Source: Phaeosaccion multiseriatum
Lineage: Eukaryota; Protista; Ochrophyta, other classes
NCBI GenBank assembly: GCA_965112735.1
Contig: OZ218959.1
Span: 1,860,001-1,924,000, forward strand
Length of the DNA stretch: 64,000 nt
Reading direction: 5' to 3'
Below the pieces are notes generated by a model. The model was not told the origin of the DNA. It worked only from the letters and a program-made list of their open reading frames with translations, and searched no databases. Position numbers and translations under genes: made by a program. Below, one piece after another: positions 44,767 to 58,152 of the stretch. How positions within the stretch are numbered: position 1 is the first letter of the stretch; every line of letters begins with the position of its first letter.

Positions 44767-45068
44767 TCAAAACACAGCGGAATTGTTTTCATCCCAGCCC
44801 GCGGCGGAAGCGGACCGGTCTCTCCCCTCGCGGTCCCCACCCCTCGCCGAGACCGATAACCCGCCGAGCACGCTCAGGTCTCCCACGGCGGCCGACCCCG
44901 CCCTCTGTCAAGAGAGAGTTAAGAGAAGAGTCAAGATCGGGGCAGCAAAAGTCCAGCGACGAAGAGGGACGGGGAAGGGGGGGGGGGGGGAGACGGGGGA
45001 GGGGAGGGGGGGGGGGGGCGGCATGGGGAGTACACACGTTAAAGCACGCACGCACAATCACACACACA

Positions 45069-45113
<45 letters not shown>

Positions 45114-45899
45114 GTGTCTCTGTCTCTCTCTCTCTCACACTCTTACTCACTCCGTTTCCTCTCCTCCTCTCCCACCCCCCTGCCCCCCCCATATCCCCTC
45201 TCCTCTCACCTTACTGTCAGCTCCTGGTGCTGCGATGCTGGCAATGTGGCTCTGATCTCCGACCTTGTTGAGCGCCATCTTGAGGGCATTGCTCGCCTCT
45301 CTCTTTAGCATCGGGGCGGCGCGATCCATGCCCACCTCCTCTACTTTGATGGAGACTCGCAGCCCCAAAGTCATTCTGTGGTTGTGTGCGTGTGAGTGTG
45401 TGTGTGTGTGCGTGTGTGTGTGCGTGTGTGTGTGAGAGTAAGTGAGTGTATGTGTGTGTTTGCGTGTGTTGTGTGCGTGAGTGTGAGCGAGTGTGTACGT
45501 TTGTGAGTGAGTGGTATAGCGAGTGAGTGAGTAAGTGAGTGAGTGAATGAATAAGTGAATGAGTGAGTCAGTGAGTGAGGTGTGAGTGGAGTGAACGAGC
45601 GGGTAAGCGCGAGAGAGAGAGAGGCAGCCATGAGAGAGAGAGAGGGATCGAGTACATTGAGGCACTGATTGGTTCATTGCAGATGGACTTACTTGATGGC
45701 CCAGAACACGGCGATGCTGGTGGCGGCACTCCACACGAGCACCACAATGAGGAAAATGAGCTGCGAGGAGAGCTGCTCCCCGCTGCAGCCGTAGAAGGCG
45801 CCGCAGCATTTATCCCTGCGCTCCACAGAGTACGTTAACCCGTAGTTCTCCTGCGGCGATTAAAACGCAAACAACAACAACAACAACAACAACAACAGC

Positions 45900-45936
<37 letters not shown>

Positions 45937-47345
45937 GCAGCAGCAACAACAACAACAACAACAACAACAACATCGAGCAAGCAAGAAAAAGGGCAGCGAA
46001 GGAAGGTGCGAAGCAGGGAGAAGACGACATGACGTTAGAGTCATGGAGTTGGCAAGACCCTTAGCCTACAGGCGAGAGAGGGGGCAGGGGGCAGGGGGCA
46101 CTTCCCTCCTCTGCCCCCAACGATCGCTTCCAATCCATCCACCAACACGTTACAGAAAGAAGGAAGAAAAAGAGCCAGAGCACAGAAGCCGTCGGGTAGG
46201 AAACAGGAACAGCCCCACGCAATCCAAATCTATAGCCCGCCAAACAGCAACAGCAAAAGATGGCACCGGGTGACTATCCGACAGACTTGTAACACTCCAC
46301 CGCACTCTCCCTACTGTTGCCGTACTATGTAGCACTCAATCACTAGCAAAAGCACTATGGCACCATAGTCCTTGGCGCTTACAGCCTAGAGCAGTGGTAC
46401 ACCACTTTGCTACTCACCGGCGTGGTGAAGAGGCCTACCACGACCGTTCCCAGGATGCCTCCAAAGAGGTGGACAGGCGCCGCGTCCACCACGTCGTCCA
46501 CTTTGAAGCGTACCATGAGCATGTAGGAAGAGAGGAAGTAGACGGCTCCTGCCAGCACTCCGATCACAAAAGCGCCACTGGGGGCGACGAGGGGGGCGCC
46601 GGCGGTGATGGCGACGAGGCTGATGAGATGATGTGTGTGTATGTGTGTGTGAGTATAGGGGAGGAGGGGAGGGGAGAGCGGAGCGGAGGAGATGGGGTGG
46701 GATGGTAAGGGAGGGGAGGGGAGGGGGGGGGAGAGGACATGTGATGGGATCGGGTGGGATGAGGTGGGGTGGGGTGGAGAAGTAGAGCAGGGGAGGGCGG
46801 AGGAGGGCGGGTCAACGTATGCTCTGGCTGGGTACATGCCTTTCCCCTCATGCCCTCTCCCCCCTCCCCTCGCTCCACCCACCCTGTTAGGATGCCGTTG
46901 TTGACCATGCCGGAGTCGAACTTCTTGAGGAAGATCTTCACCATGATGATGAGCGTCACGGCGCTAGAGGCAGGCTAAGGAAGGGTCATCCGACCGACAG
47001 ACAGATAGATGGATTGACGGGTGGGGGTGGCGGATTGATTGATGGATGGCAGTGGATGGCAGTGGATGGATGGATTGATAGGGAGAGGATGAGGGTGAGT
47101 GGATGGTGGATGGATGGATGGATGGGTTGACGGATGCATTGATGGCAGTGGACGGATGGATTGATAGGTGGATGGATGATGGGTGAGGGGATGGATAGAT
47201 GGATAGATGGTAGTGAATGGATTCATGCGTGGATGGATGGATGGATGGATGGATGGATGGATGGATGGGTTGATTCGAGGCGGATATTCAAGACATGAGG
47301 AGACAGCAACAGCCACAGCACAACAACAAGAACACCACCACCACC

Positions 47346-47377
<32 letters not shown>

Positions 47378-50300
47378 CAACAACAGCATCAGCAACAGCA
47401 ACAGCAACAAGACGTGACGCGGGACAACGTAACGGTGTGGAAATGTGTGTGTGGGGGGACGGGGGGGGGAGGGGGGGTGAGAGAGAAGGCAAAGGGAAAG
47501 TGCGGCGGGCTGAGAGAGAGAGAGAGAGGGAGGGAGGGAGGGAGGGAGGGAGGGAGAGAGGGAGGGAGGGAGGGAAAGAGGGAGGGAGGGAGGGAGAAAG
47601 GAGGGAGGGAGAAAGGAGGGAGGGAGAAAGGAGGGAGGGAGGAAGGGAGGGAGAGAGAGACGGAGGGAGGGAGGGAAGGGGGAGGGAGGCAAGGCAGGCA
47701 AGGCAGGCAACGGGAAGGCAAGTACAGGGCCTTACCGCGATGGTGGTATTGACCATAGCCCTCGCAGCAACGGCGCCGAACCCGCCTGAGATTTGGCCTG
47801 TGGAGCCTGCATTGAAGCCATACCAGCCACACCATAGAATGAGCGTGCCCAGAGTCTGCAGGGCAGGGCTTTGCTGAGGGAGCTGTGCGTCACAATGCAA
47901 GCAACAGATGGCAGTGGATGGGTGGGGACAAGGGAGGCAACAGGGTAAGGGGGGTGGAGGAGTGGAGGGGTGGGGGCGTGGGATAAGAAGCGAAGGGACG
48001 AGGGAGTGCAAGAGAGAGCGGCGTGTGGAGGGAGGTGAGGAGAGGCGCGGCAAGGCAGCAGGGCATGTGCGAGAGAGAGAGAGCACACAGAGGACAAAGA
48101 GAGGAGGGCACGACAACCTGGCGGGGGGCGGAGCATTGGGAGTAGGGAACAGAAGGGAGCGAGGGAGCTGGTAACACCACAGAAAGTTGGTTCTCTCTTC
48201 TCTCACACACACTCTCTCTCTCTCTCATACACCCCCCCCCCCCCCACACACACACACGTTCACAACCACGCCTATCGATCTGCACAGTCTCCTGCCCACT
48301 CGGCAATCTCCTCCTCTCGTCGGGCCTTCAGACCCTCTGCCCCTCCCTCCTTGCACCCGAGCTCTCCCGACACCTCCATCCTTCAAACTGATCGACACCT
48401 CCATCCTTCAAACTGATCGACACCTCCATCCTTCAAACTGATCGACACCTCCATCCTTCAAACTGATCGACACCTCTATCCTTCAAACTGATCGACACCT
48501 CCATCCTTCAAACTGATCGACACCTCTATCCTTCAAACTGATCGACACCTCCATCCTTCAAGCTGATCGACACCTCCATCCTTCAAACTGATCGACACCT
48601 CCATCCTTCAAACTGATCGACACCTCTATCCTTCAAACTGATCGACACCTCCATCCTTCAAACTGATCGACACCTCTATCCTTCAAACTGATCGACACCT
48701 CCATCCTTCAAACTGATCGACACCTCTATCCTTCAAACTGATCGACACCTCCATCCTTCAAACTGATCGCACCGCCCCCCAAATACACCAACCTCTACTC
48801 ACAACCTAACCACTTCCTCACTCACTCACTCCCTCCCTCCCTCACTCATTTACTCATTCACTCGCTCAATTACTCACTCACTCACTCATCCTCACTCACT
48901 CACTCACTCACTCTATCCCTCCCTCGCCCACTCACTCATAGCCCTCTTCCCTCCCCCCCTCCCTCCCTCACTCATTCACTCACCCGATTGATGGTACCAT
49001 CTTCGCTGAAGCGACCAGAGCGTGGCTTTACCATCACCGCCCCCACGAGCGCCCCCACCCCCCCCACCACATGGACAGCAGCGCTACCGGCGAAGTCGAT
49101 GGCCCCACAGCCTAGCAGCAAGTTGCTCTTTCTATCAGGGCTGGCCCATCCGTTATCGTTCCAGACCCAGTGGGCGACGACGGGGTGGATGAAGGCGGTG
49201 ATGACCACTGAGAAGATGAAGTAGCCCGTGATCTTTACTCGCTCGGATATGGCTCCAGACACAATGGTGGCACTTGTGGCTGGTGTTTGTTTTGTTTTGG
49301 TTTGTATTGTGTATATATAATATATATATATATAATATACATATTATATATATACATATATATGTGTGTGTGTGCGTGCGTGTGTTTTGGAAGTGGGGCA
49401 CGGGGGGGGTAAGAGGGGGCGAACAAGTTTAGCAAACACACGAGTGATGGTGATATCCTTACACATCGCCAACCACAGAAAGCACGCCTCCTCTTCCCCT
49501 TCTCTCAGTGCCAGCAGCACAGCATCATTGCACGGCATTGCACGGCTTGGTCTAGGGGGAGATGGCACTCTCCTCCCCGCCCCTCCTCCTCCTCCTCCTC
49601 CTCCTCCTCCTCCTCCTCCTCCCCGCTCCTCCTCCTCCTCCTCCTCCTCCTCCTCCTCTCCTCCTCCTCCTCCTCCTCCTCCTCCTCCTCCTCCTGCTCC
49701 TCCTCCTCCCCCTCTCCAGTCCTACAGACTCACAGACATGACCCCATCACACATTACTCACCTGCAAATGCCCAGGCGAAGAACCAATTCGCGTAGGCTA
49801 TGCCCGTGCTGTCCTTACCCAGTTGCAGCGCGAAGTTTCCGCGGCCGATGAAGCCGTTTCCATCCGGGCCGTACGCGAAGGAGTTGCCCACTATCCACCT
49901 TCACACGAAAGACGGGGTGGGTCGGTGGGCGGGAGGGGAGGCATGTGAGGAACGGAGGGGAGAGACAGCAGAGAATAATTTTTTAGAGTGGGCTCCTTCT
50001 CTTACACGTCTTTCCAATCCCTTTTCATCATTGGTCTGTGTGGTTTTTCAAAAACACTTCCATATTCTCGGGGTTGAGAAGAGGGAAAATGGTTGAAGGC
50101 AGTTGAGCACAACAGGTCCTCTTCTTCCCCTCTTCCCCTTCATCTTCCTCCTCCTTCTCCTCCTCCTCCTCCTCCTCCTCCTCCTCCTCCTCCTCCTCCT
50201 CCTCCTTCATCATCATCATCATTTTCTTCTTTCTTGCTTTTCTTCTCACCAGCACCACGCCCCGATGGATGCGTCGCAAACGTTCTTGATGAGCACCGCC

Positions 50301-50713
50301 TTTGTGTTCTTGGCAGACACAGAGCCCACCTCCAGCATGCTGAAGCCGACTTGCATGACTACGTAAAAGAAGACAACAATGAAGGGAGAGAAAGGTGGCG
50401 GCAGCAGCAATGCGAGAAGTTAGTTCCACAAGCGACGCCCGCCGCCAGCCAGGCCCACCACACCAGTGACAAGAAAAATGATTGGTTGGATCCCCCTACT
50501 CACAACCACACCACTCCTTCCTGCCAAATCACGCTTCCTCACTCCATAACGGTACTTACGGAAGACCAAGACCCCGTTCATGAGCAACCAGAAGACGTCC
50601 ATGTCCTCGGCCATTCCCGCTACATCGGCTTCGAGCTCCAGCATGGCGATCTCAAGGGAGTCCACCCTGTTCACCAGGGCGTCGATAGTCACCCCATCAG
50701 TGGTCGAGGACAT
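44767..50713 (-). CDS. AMT1: Ammonium transporter, AMT1 family
   Basis: [75 protein letters not shown] and LRV...EEVGMD. About 10 exons; the last exon and stop are inferred. Confidence 0.93.
48369..48768. repeat. 25-bp minisatellite x16 in an AMT intron (GACACCTCYATCCTTCAAACTGATC)
   Basis: Contiguous units with no spacers and an alternating C/T variant. Confidence 0.95.
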
Positions 50714-51399
50714 GGCCACCACGATGTGCTGAGTCTACTGCTACTGCTGCTGCTGCTGCTACTGCTGCAGCTGCTGGTGGTGGTACTGCTGCTGATTCTG
50801 TGCCACACCTGGCCTCACCCATTCGCTGTATCGCCCCGAAACATAGCGGGACAAGTGCTGCGCGGTAAGGAGGAGCACAAGCCCTCTTCAAAGCAGGCGC
50901 TGCTCTATGTCTGGCATAGTAGTGGGAGTGTTTGCTGTTAGCGTCTGGCTTAGAAGGGGAAATTTAGAAGGGGAGGAGAAAAAAGATTGGGATGGTAGTC
51001 CTCCCTCCTTCCAGGATGGCACTAGATGGCACTAGATTTTTCCAATTCCTTTTTTCTGTAACCTCATCACTCGTTTGGTGCTAATGCCACACCCAATGCC
51101 ACATCCTCCCGAGCAGGGGAGGAGAGGAGAGGGAGCTTTGAGGGATCCCCCCAGAACGCCAGGAGTGGATTGTCAGAGCCCAGGGGCTTGAAGGTCAAGG
51201 CCTTTGAGGACGGTGAAGGGCACGCCTGAGGACATCAAGGTTCGCACCACCTCGTCTGCCCTTGCTTCGTTCTCCTGTAGTCAGGAGACTTAAGCTATGA
51301 AGGTTCGCAAGTACTAATCGACTCCCCCGTTGTTCGTTCTGCTGCAATCTCCCTCGCCCACGTCCTCTCGCGTCGCCCCTCGGCCTACTAGGGGGGCAC

Positions 51400-52337
51400 A
51401 CCCATTCTTTTCGTGCTGGACAAGAGCGTATTCTCCAACAGCGGAAGCCAATGCGGAGGAAACGCGAATAACTTTGTTGGAAGCAGGCACGAGACAATTG
51501 GCAATACGGCGATGTGTGTTCCCGAGACAGCAAATACAGAGTTGACCCAACCATGTCGAGCGTGATTCGTGACTGTGGCTTGCCTCAGAAGGTTGATGTT
51601 GTCTTGTTTGTCATGCTCGGAGAAGAACACTACGCCGGGCAGTAGTACACTGCGGCCTTTGATCATACGATTCAAGCGACCGTAAGCATTTGGTGGCTTT
51701 GCCCATCCGTCGTTGCAGGGCACATAAGTCACGGCAAGACTTGGGTTCTACTGGAGCAAGCGGAAGAGGAGGAGGACGACGATGTGGTTATTATTTTGAT
51801 GGGTGGGAGGAGAAGGAGGAGGAGAAGCTGATGGGAAGGGAAATCCAGGACATGAAACAAGCAGGCGCCAGAGTATGCAAACACTGGATGGTTTGGCAGC
51901 GAACTTCCCCAGATAGACCGGGAAGGGCTCGTGAATCGAGACATCTTTGTCCGACGCCCTGTGCGGAGGCCAAGCTTGTTTGAGACCACTGCCGATAGCG
52001 CGGGTAGCAGGAGAATTGTTGACGTGGAGGAGCTCCGCAACATTGCTGCGGCAAGGGTCTGGACCACAGACAACACAGGGCACAGGGAGAGTCGCATACT
52101 CTTTGCAGGCGAGCAAACTATGCTGTGCCCACAAGCTCTACAAGGGGGTTTAGAGAATACTCCACAGGCTCTCTGGGTTATTTGGTGCGGCCCTTGAATA
52201 ACCCAGAGAGCCTGTGGAGTATGCTCTAAACCCCCTTGTAGAGCTTGTGGGCACAGCATAGTTCATGTGCCAATGGCGTTTTATCGAGGATCTGAGTCCT
52301 GACGTGAGGTCAACACCAGAGATTCGGGAATACTTTC

Positions 52338-52340
<3 letters not shown>
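51400..52340 (+). pseudogene. Degenerate, probably transposon-derived coding remnant ending in a chromodomain-like segment
   Basis: Stops and frameshifts are present. Removing the hairpin gives ELRNIAAARVWTTDNTGHRESRILFAGEHMCQWRFIEDLSPDVRSTPEIREYF, which has chromo-like spacing. Confidence 0.35.
52116..52263. mobile_element. 148-bp fold-back (hairpin) element: 67-bp arms, 14-nt loop
   Basis: 52116-52182 and 52197-52263 are inverted with one mismatch. Confidence 0.8.
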
Positions 52341-53010
<670 letters not shown>

Positions 53011-53760
53011 AGAGGGGGGCGGGGCGGGGCATTTTTACTCCTGGCATGCACTCCTGGCATGTATGCATGGCAAGAATGGCGGAGGTCAATTCCTGTGAGC
53101 TTCTGCCGGACGTGGTAGTCTCTGCTGCCAACAGGCTGACGACCATGCTAGATGCCACCACCATTCCCTCGACAGATGCGGATGGGCGACGGGGCCCAGT
53201 CGAAGGGATAAAACGCGTTGACGAACCTCCCCAGGGAGGCTGGGAGAGCTGCGCAGAAAAAGGTCACAGAGCACTTGCTCTTCGCTTGAGTTGCTGTGGC
53301 GCCCATGAGCCATAGCTAGGCTTGTGTGGCATTGTGGCGAGAGAGTGGGTGCTGTGGCGGTGTGGGTTTGTCATAATTTGTCAGCACTGTCCCTATTCCT
53401 GAAGCTACCAGTACGCTTTGGCCCCCTAGCTGAGGGTGGTGGGTGGGGCATGTGTACATAACGACGTAAACTTTCTCCGACCCTTTTTTTCCCCCTTTTT
53501 TTTTTTTTTTTTTTAACTTAGGGCCGTTGTGCAAAAAAAGACCAAAAAAAAAAAAAAAAAAGTAGTTTTCGAGCAGAGCGAGTTTACGAGTCGATAGTAT
53601 CGAAAACGTATTTTCGGGAAACGGGGAGGACTGGCAGTCACAGAAAAAATGGATTGAGGCAAGGGCACGCCGCGCCGACCGACGCGAGGGCCCAATGGCC
53701 CGTGCGGCCACGTATGACGCTCAGCCCACCGGGGTAGAGCAAGAATTTAGCATTCACTAC

Positions 53761-54313
53761 TGTAAAAGAGGAGGCGACGCGAGTACGGCGTCGAAAGAGT
53801 TGTAGCAAGTGCCGAAGAGCTCAGCGCGGTGAGAAGGACAGCGAAGGGGCGGAGCAGCCCAGCAGTCCACCGCGCGAAGGAGACGGCAGCGACAGCAAAA
53901 GTTTCCGGGGGACGCCGCTATACGAGAAGGGGATCCGGGACTTTCTACGAGGCGTATCTTTTCAGATCAGCCGTATTTTGTGGTCTGGAGAGGAGGCACC
54001 GCAAGTTCAGCGTTGAGAGTCGTCACAAGTATTTCAGTGCTCAGCACGGTAAGGGCAGCATGGGGCAGCCCAGCAGTCACGAGCATGCGGGCGGTGGCTC
54101 GAGTGTCGAAGGCAATTGCCACTCTAGGTGGGGTTTTCACCGCCCACACACGGACCAAGACGACGATGGGGGATAGAGAGTACAGCAGAAGGCAGCGCCG
54201 CATCAGCGGGCTGCGATGCGACGTGCAGTACGACAGATGATGGGAGTGGCGTAGCAGCTCCAAGTACAGCAGCAGAAGGCAGCGCCGCAACAGCGGGCTG
54301 CGATGCGACGTGC
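53761..54313. mobile_element. Probable older repeat/LTR-like segment interrupted by the gag-only element
   Basis: Begins with TGTAA. Contains a ~50-bp direct repeat (54179-54227 and 54262-54313) whose second copy is cut exactly at the LTR. Confidence 0.35.
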
Positions 54314-54526
54314 TGTGGAAAGTCAGTCGTATGTCAGTGGCCCAGGCCTAGGCAACGCAGTGAGAAACGGTGCCCGTTTCTCACTATCCTCCTGTAGGTG
54401 GTCGTTTAGGACAGTGCATAGATAAGCTAATAGATACAAGGCCGGCTGTCAGGCTAGCTTTGGGGTGCTGCTACCTTATCTGTGTGTCTAGTCCGTTTCG
54501 TGGAGGTCTAAGCACGACTTTCCACA
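54314..54526 (+). repeat. 5' LTR of the gag-only element
   Basis: Identical to 62147-62359. Confidence 0.92.
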
Positions 54527-55002
54527 ACCCCAAAGCTCGAAGACAGTTTGGCACTTGGCCAATAGGCTCAGCAGAGGGAGGCTTTGAGTTCATCGTGCGC
54601 TAGACTAGCACGTGGACGTTTTTGGTTAGTGTCCAAGGCACGGACACGCCACAGCTTGCTCCGTCAGGGGCGTTTAGCTTAATTAGCTTTGCTTGGGAAC
54701 CGGTGTTGTGATAAGTATCGCCATTTGTGACTGAGCACTATATCGACGTACAATATCGATGTGGATATCGATATTCATGTATGGCCACGGCCATCACTTC
54801 CTTGAACGCATCTCTCAGTAGGTATTATTAATACACGAGTTGACACTACTCTAGCTTGTCCCTGTCATCGTAGAGGAGATATCGCAACACGACAGCTGTC
54901 GCGACACTTCACAGCTAGCTGGTTCTACGTAGTCGGCGACGGCACACAGGCGAGTTTTGGTCGGATAACTCAAGTGAGAGAGAAGGAGTCCTTTCGTTAG
55001 CC

Positions 55003-55971
55003 ATGCCAGGCGCGGAAGAAGAAGGCGTTGAAAAGGCGGACGCAGCGGCGCCCGTCAGTGCGAGTTCCGCGATAGAAGGAGACGCACAGCAGCAGATGGC
55101 TGAAATGATGGAAAAGATGATAGCGGCAGCGTTGGCCAAACACATCACACAGCAAGGAGTGCCCACGGCAGCGGCCGCAGCACCAGTCACTATCTCCTCA
55201 GTCGGAGGAACAGTGACCCCCAGCGGGGGGGGGAGTACAGCACAGCAGCTGCTAGAACTCACGTTCAAGCCGAAGAACAATGAGTTTGACAAGAAGTTGG
55301 AATCGGAGGGAGTGATGCCTCTCTTGCGATTTATGCGAGCGGTCACGGATCACATAGGGGGGATGGGGGCAAAGGCATTCTTGGTGGATAGTGATAAGAT
55401 CCCCAACGCAGACGACGCCTCCCGGGACTCTAAGTATGCCCTGACGTTCAGTCTGTACCAACAGACGGGCCTCAAGATTTTGGAGGCCATTCCCTCGGAC
55501 ATGAGGGATGCCATAGAAGAACGCACTCGCACAGCGCGGTTCCAAGTGGACCTGGTACTATTGATGCAGGCAATCAAGGAGGCAGTGATGGGGAGCACGC
55601 AGTCACAGCGACAAGAGTTTCTCACCTCCGAGATGCACGATCTGAGGCCAGGGGTGGGGGAGACGGGACTTGCCTACCTCAACAAGTTTCTCCAACTCAA
55701 CGTGTTGATGACGGAGGAGCAGCTTCCTATGTCCTACTCCATCATCAAGGACAAGTTCCTCAGGCGTATGGGGCAGAGATGGGAGTCGTTCGGCCAAGTG
55801 CACGGTCATTCGGTAGAGACAGAGGACGAGTTTAATCGGTTCAAACAGCAAGTGCAGCGGTTTGACAGTGACCTCCAAGCGCAAGCGAGGGAGGCGGGAG
55901 AGGACCTTGAGCGGGGCCTTTTCCACATTTACCAGCAAAGGCAGAAGACACAGCAACCAGCAGGGGGGTAG
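55003..55971 (+). CDS. Copia gag (capsid part)
   Basis: First ORF after the LTR, with an MHR-like LRPGVGETGLAYLNKF motif; ends in TAG. Confidence 0.8.
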   Translation: MPGAEEEGVEKADAAAPVSASSAIEGDAQQQMAEMMEKMIAAALAKHITQQGVPTAAAAAPVTISSVGGTVTPSGGGSTAQQLLELTFKPKNNEFDKKLESEGVMPLLRFMRAVTDHIGGMGAKAFLVDSDKIPNADDASRDSKYALTFSLYQQTGLKILEAIPSDMRDAIEERTRTARFQVDLVLLMQAIKEAVMGSTQSQRQEFLTSEMHDLRPGVGETGLAYLNKFLQLNVLMTEEQLPMSYSIIKDKFLRRMGQRWESFGQVHGHSVETEDEFNRFKQQVQRFDSDLQAQAREAGEDLERGLFHIYQQRQKTQQPAGG

Positions 55972-56530
55972 ACAGACCACCACAGGGGCAGGAGAGAAAG
56001 ATCGGTCCAACACACGCTGTTACAGGTGTGGGAGAAAGGGGCACATGCGGACGACGTGTCCGTCCAAGGAGGAGCTGTGTTTCAACTGCCACAAGCCGGG
56101 GCACCAGCGTGCAGACTGCCCAAACAGCAGGAAGAAGAAAGATGGCGAGCATGTGGAAGGCTCCACCAGCGCCATTTTCAGCATTCCGTGGACGCTACAG
56201 GAGAGGGGGAGCGGCCATTCTCTCTACCATATGTCCAAGCTGAAGTCGGGGGCGGATGGCACACGGCAGGGGCTCGCAGACAGCGGATCGGCGCTCAATG
56301 TGTGGCCCAACTTGGATGGACTGTACGATTTCTGCGCTCATCAGAGTTTAGTGCAACTCGCAGACGGCAAGTCGCACGCGCAGATAATGGGCAAAGGGAA
56401 GGTGAACATCAGCTACGTCTCCAACGACGGCAAAAGAGGACTGAAGGGGCTGGAGGTAGTGGTGTCGCCAGACGTACCTTTCTGCATTTTTGCAGAGAAG
56501 AACCTCTCAGACCTACTGGGGGGAGCGCAA
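55912..56530 (+). CDS. Copia nucleocapsid (2x CCHC) and aspartic protease, in the +1 frame relative to gag
   Basis: CYRCGRKGHMRTTC, CFNCHKPGHQRADC, LADSGSA and VQLADG...GKG. Confidence 0.85.
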
Positions 56531-58152
56531 GGCCAGCGGGGAAGCCAGTCTATTTCGGCCCCTCAGCAGACGCACCAGAGACGGTGCACACGACGCAGGA
56601 CCCAGAGCTGGGGCTTGACATGCTACAATTCAAGATCGAGGAGGCCACGGAGCAGTGGAGTGATTACATGACTTACCACTGCAAGAAGGGCCACCGCAAC
56701 GATCAAGAACTACGGCGACAGGCCAAGCTGGAGGGCGTGACACTGTGCGGGAAGAGGGCGCCGTGCAAGACTTGCGCAGAGGTGAAGATGACGAAGGCAG
56801 CTCAGAGTAAGCAGTTCATCGACTACCCCAAGGCACCGCTGGCACAGGTAACGCTCGACACCATTCCTCTCGAAGGAGAGCACGTGTTGCAGGCGTGCTG
56901 CCCGCACACGGGTATGGGCTGGTGCAGGAAGGTGGGGGGAAAGACGGAGGCGCACTTCCAGAGCGTGTATGACGACCTCAACACCACAGTATTCATTCCA
57001 GGGGAGAGGACAGCGGGGTACAAGGTGCAGTGTCTGTCAGCAGACAACGGATCGGAGCTCATCAAGACGAAGGCAGCGAAGAAGATGCTCTACTCCCAGG
57101 GCATTGAGGTCAAGCTGACGGACCCCAATTGTCAAGCGCAGAACGGACTGAACGAGGCTCGACACAAGGAGCTGGCGCGAATGTCTATTCTTTTCATTGA
57201 GGAGGCGAAGCTGGAGGAGCACTCGAAGCAGCTGAGGTTCGTAGCGTACAAGTTGGCGCAGCTTCTCTACAACACCAGGTGCAGGAGGGGGCAGCAGCAG
57301 TCCCCCTACGAGCTGTATTTCAAGCGCAAGCCTGACCTACAGCACCTACACATCTTCGGAGAGCAGGCGAAGGTGCGGGTGGGCAACAAGAAGCACAAGC
57401 AGTGGCACAACGACAAGACGCACTCGGCAGTGTACGTGGGACAGAGCCCCAACCACAGATCAGCCTGTCTCCTTTTCTACATCCCTTCACAGAAGCGGTT
57501 CATCTCCAGCTCGTCCTACACATTCGTGACGAACCGCAGACACGACGGCACGGTGTTCGGGAGTCACGTGGAGAAGGGGAAGCTACCAGAGACAGCGGAG
57601 AAGGAGGATGACAGCGAGGACGAGGACCAGCCCTCGAGCAGCGGGAGCAGCAGCAGGAGCAGCAGCGGGAGCAGCAGCAGGAGCAGCAGCAGGAGCAGCA
57701 GCGGGAGCAGCAGCAGGAGCAGCAGCAGGAGCAGCAGCAGTAGCGCGAGCGGGGGAGGTGGGGGCGGGACCAAGAGTGGAACCGTCACATGGAACACGAG
57801 ATTAGAGGAGGCACAGCCAGCCCCACAGCAGCAACAGACATCACGCTGGGAACAGGTTCTCACCCGAGAGTTCGTGGAGAAGTTACAACTCGAAGGAGAA
57901 GGCCTGGAGCGACGTCAGCACGCCGAGCGGCAACAGAGGGAGCAGACGGCAAAGCAGCAACAGAGAGAGCAGCAGAAACAGCAAGTAGAACAGGCAGAGC
58001 AGCAGCAGGAAGAGCCAACGCAGCAGGCTGAGCCGCCAGAGAGAGGCAAACTCTGGACATACGAGGTGGCCAAAGATGGCGACAAGGGAGCCAAGGAGCA
58101 CGACTGGGGCCACGATCCCAGCCTGGGCCGCACGCGTAGCGGCAAGCACTGA
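56520..58152 (+). CDS. Copia integrase
   Basis: HCKKGH...CKTC, TLDT, ADNGSE, QNGLNE, SPYELYF and LHIFG; ends in TGA at 58150-58152. Confidence 0.88.

Noticed and set aside
48369-48768. 25-bp array as a CRISPR
   Set aside because: The units are contiguous with no unique spacers, they lie in a eukaryotic intron, and there are no cas genes.
55972-56520. Dual-coding overlap (gag/IN frame open across NC-PR) as a separate protein
   Set aside because: An open -1 frame is expected when third codon positions are T-poor, and the translation has no recognisable motif.
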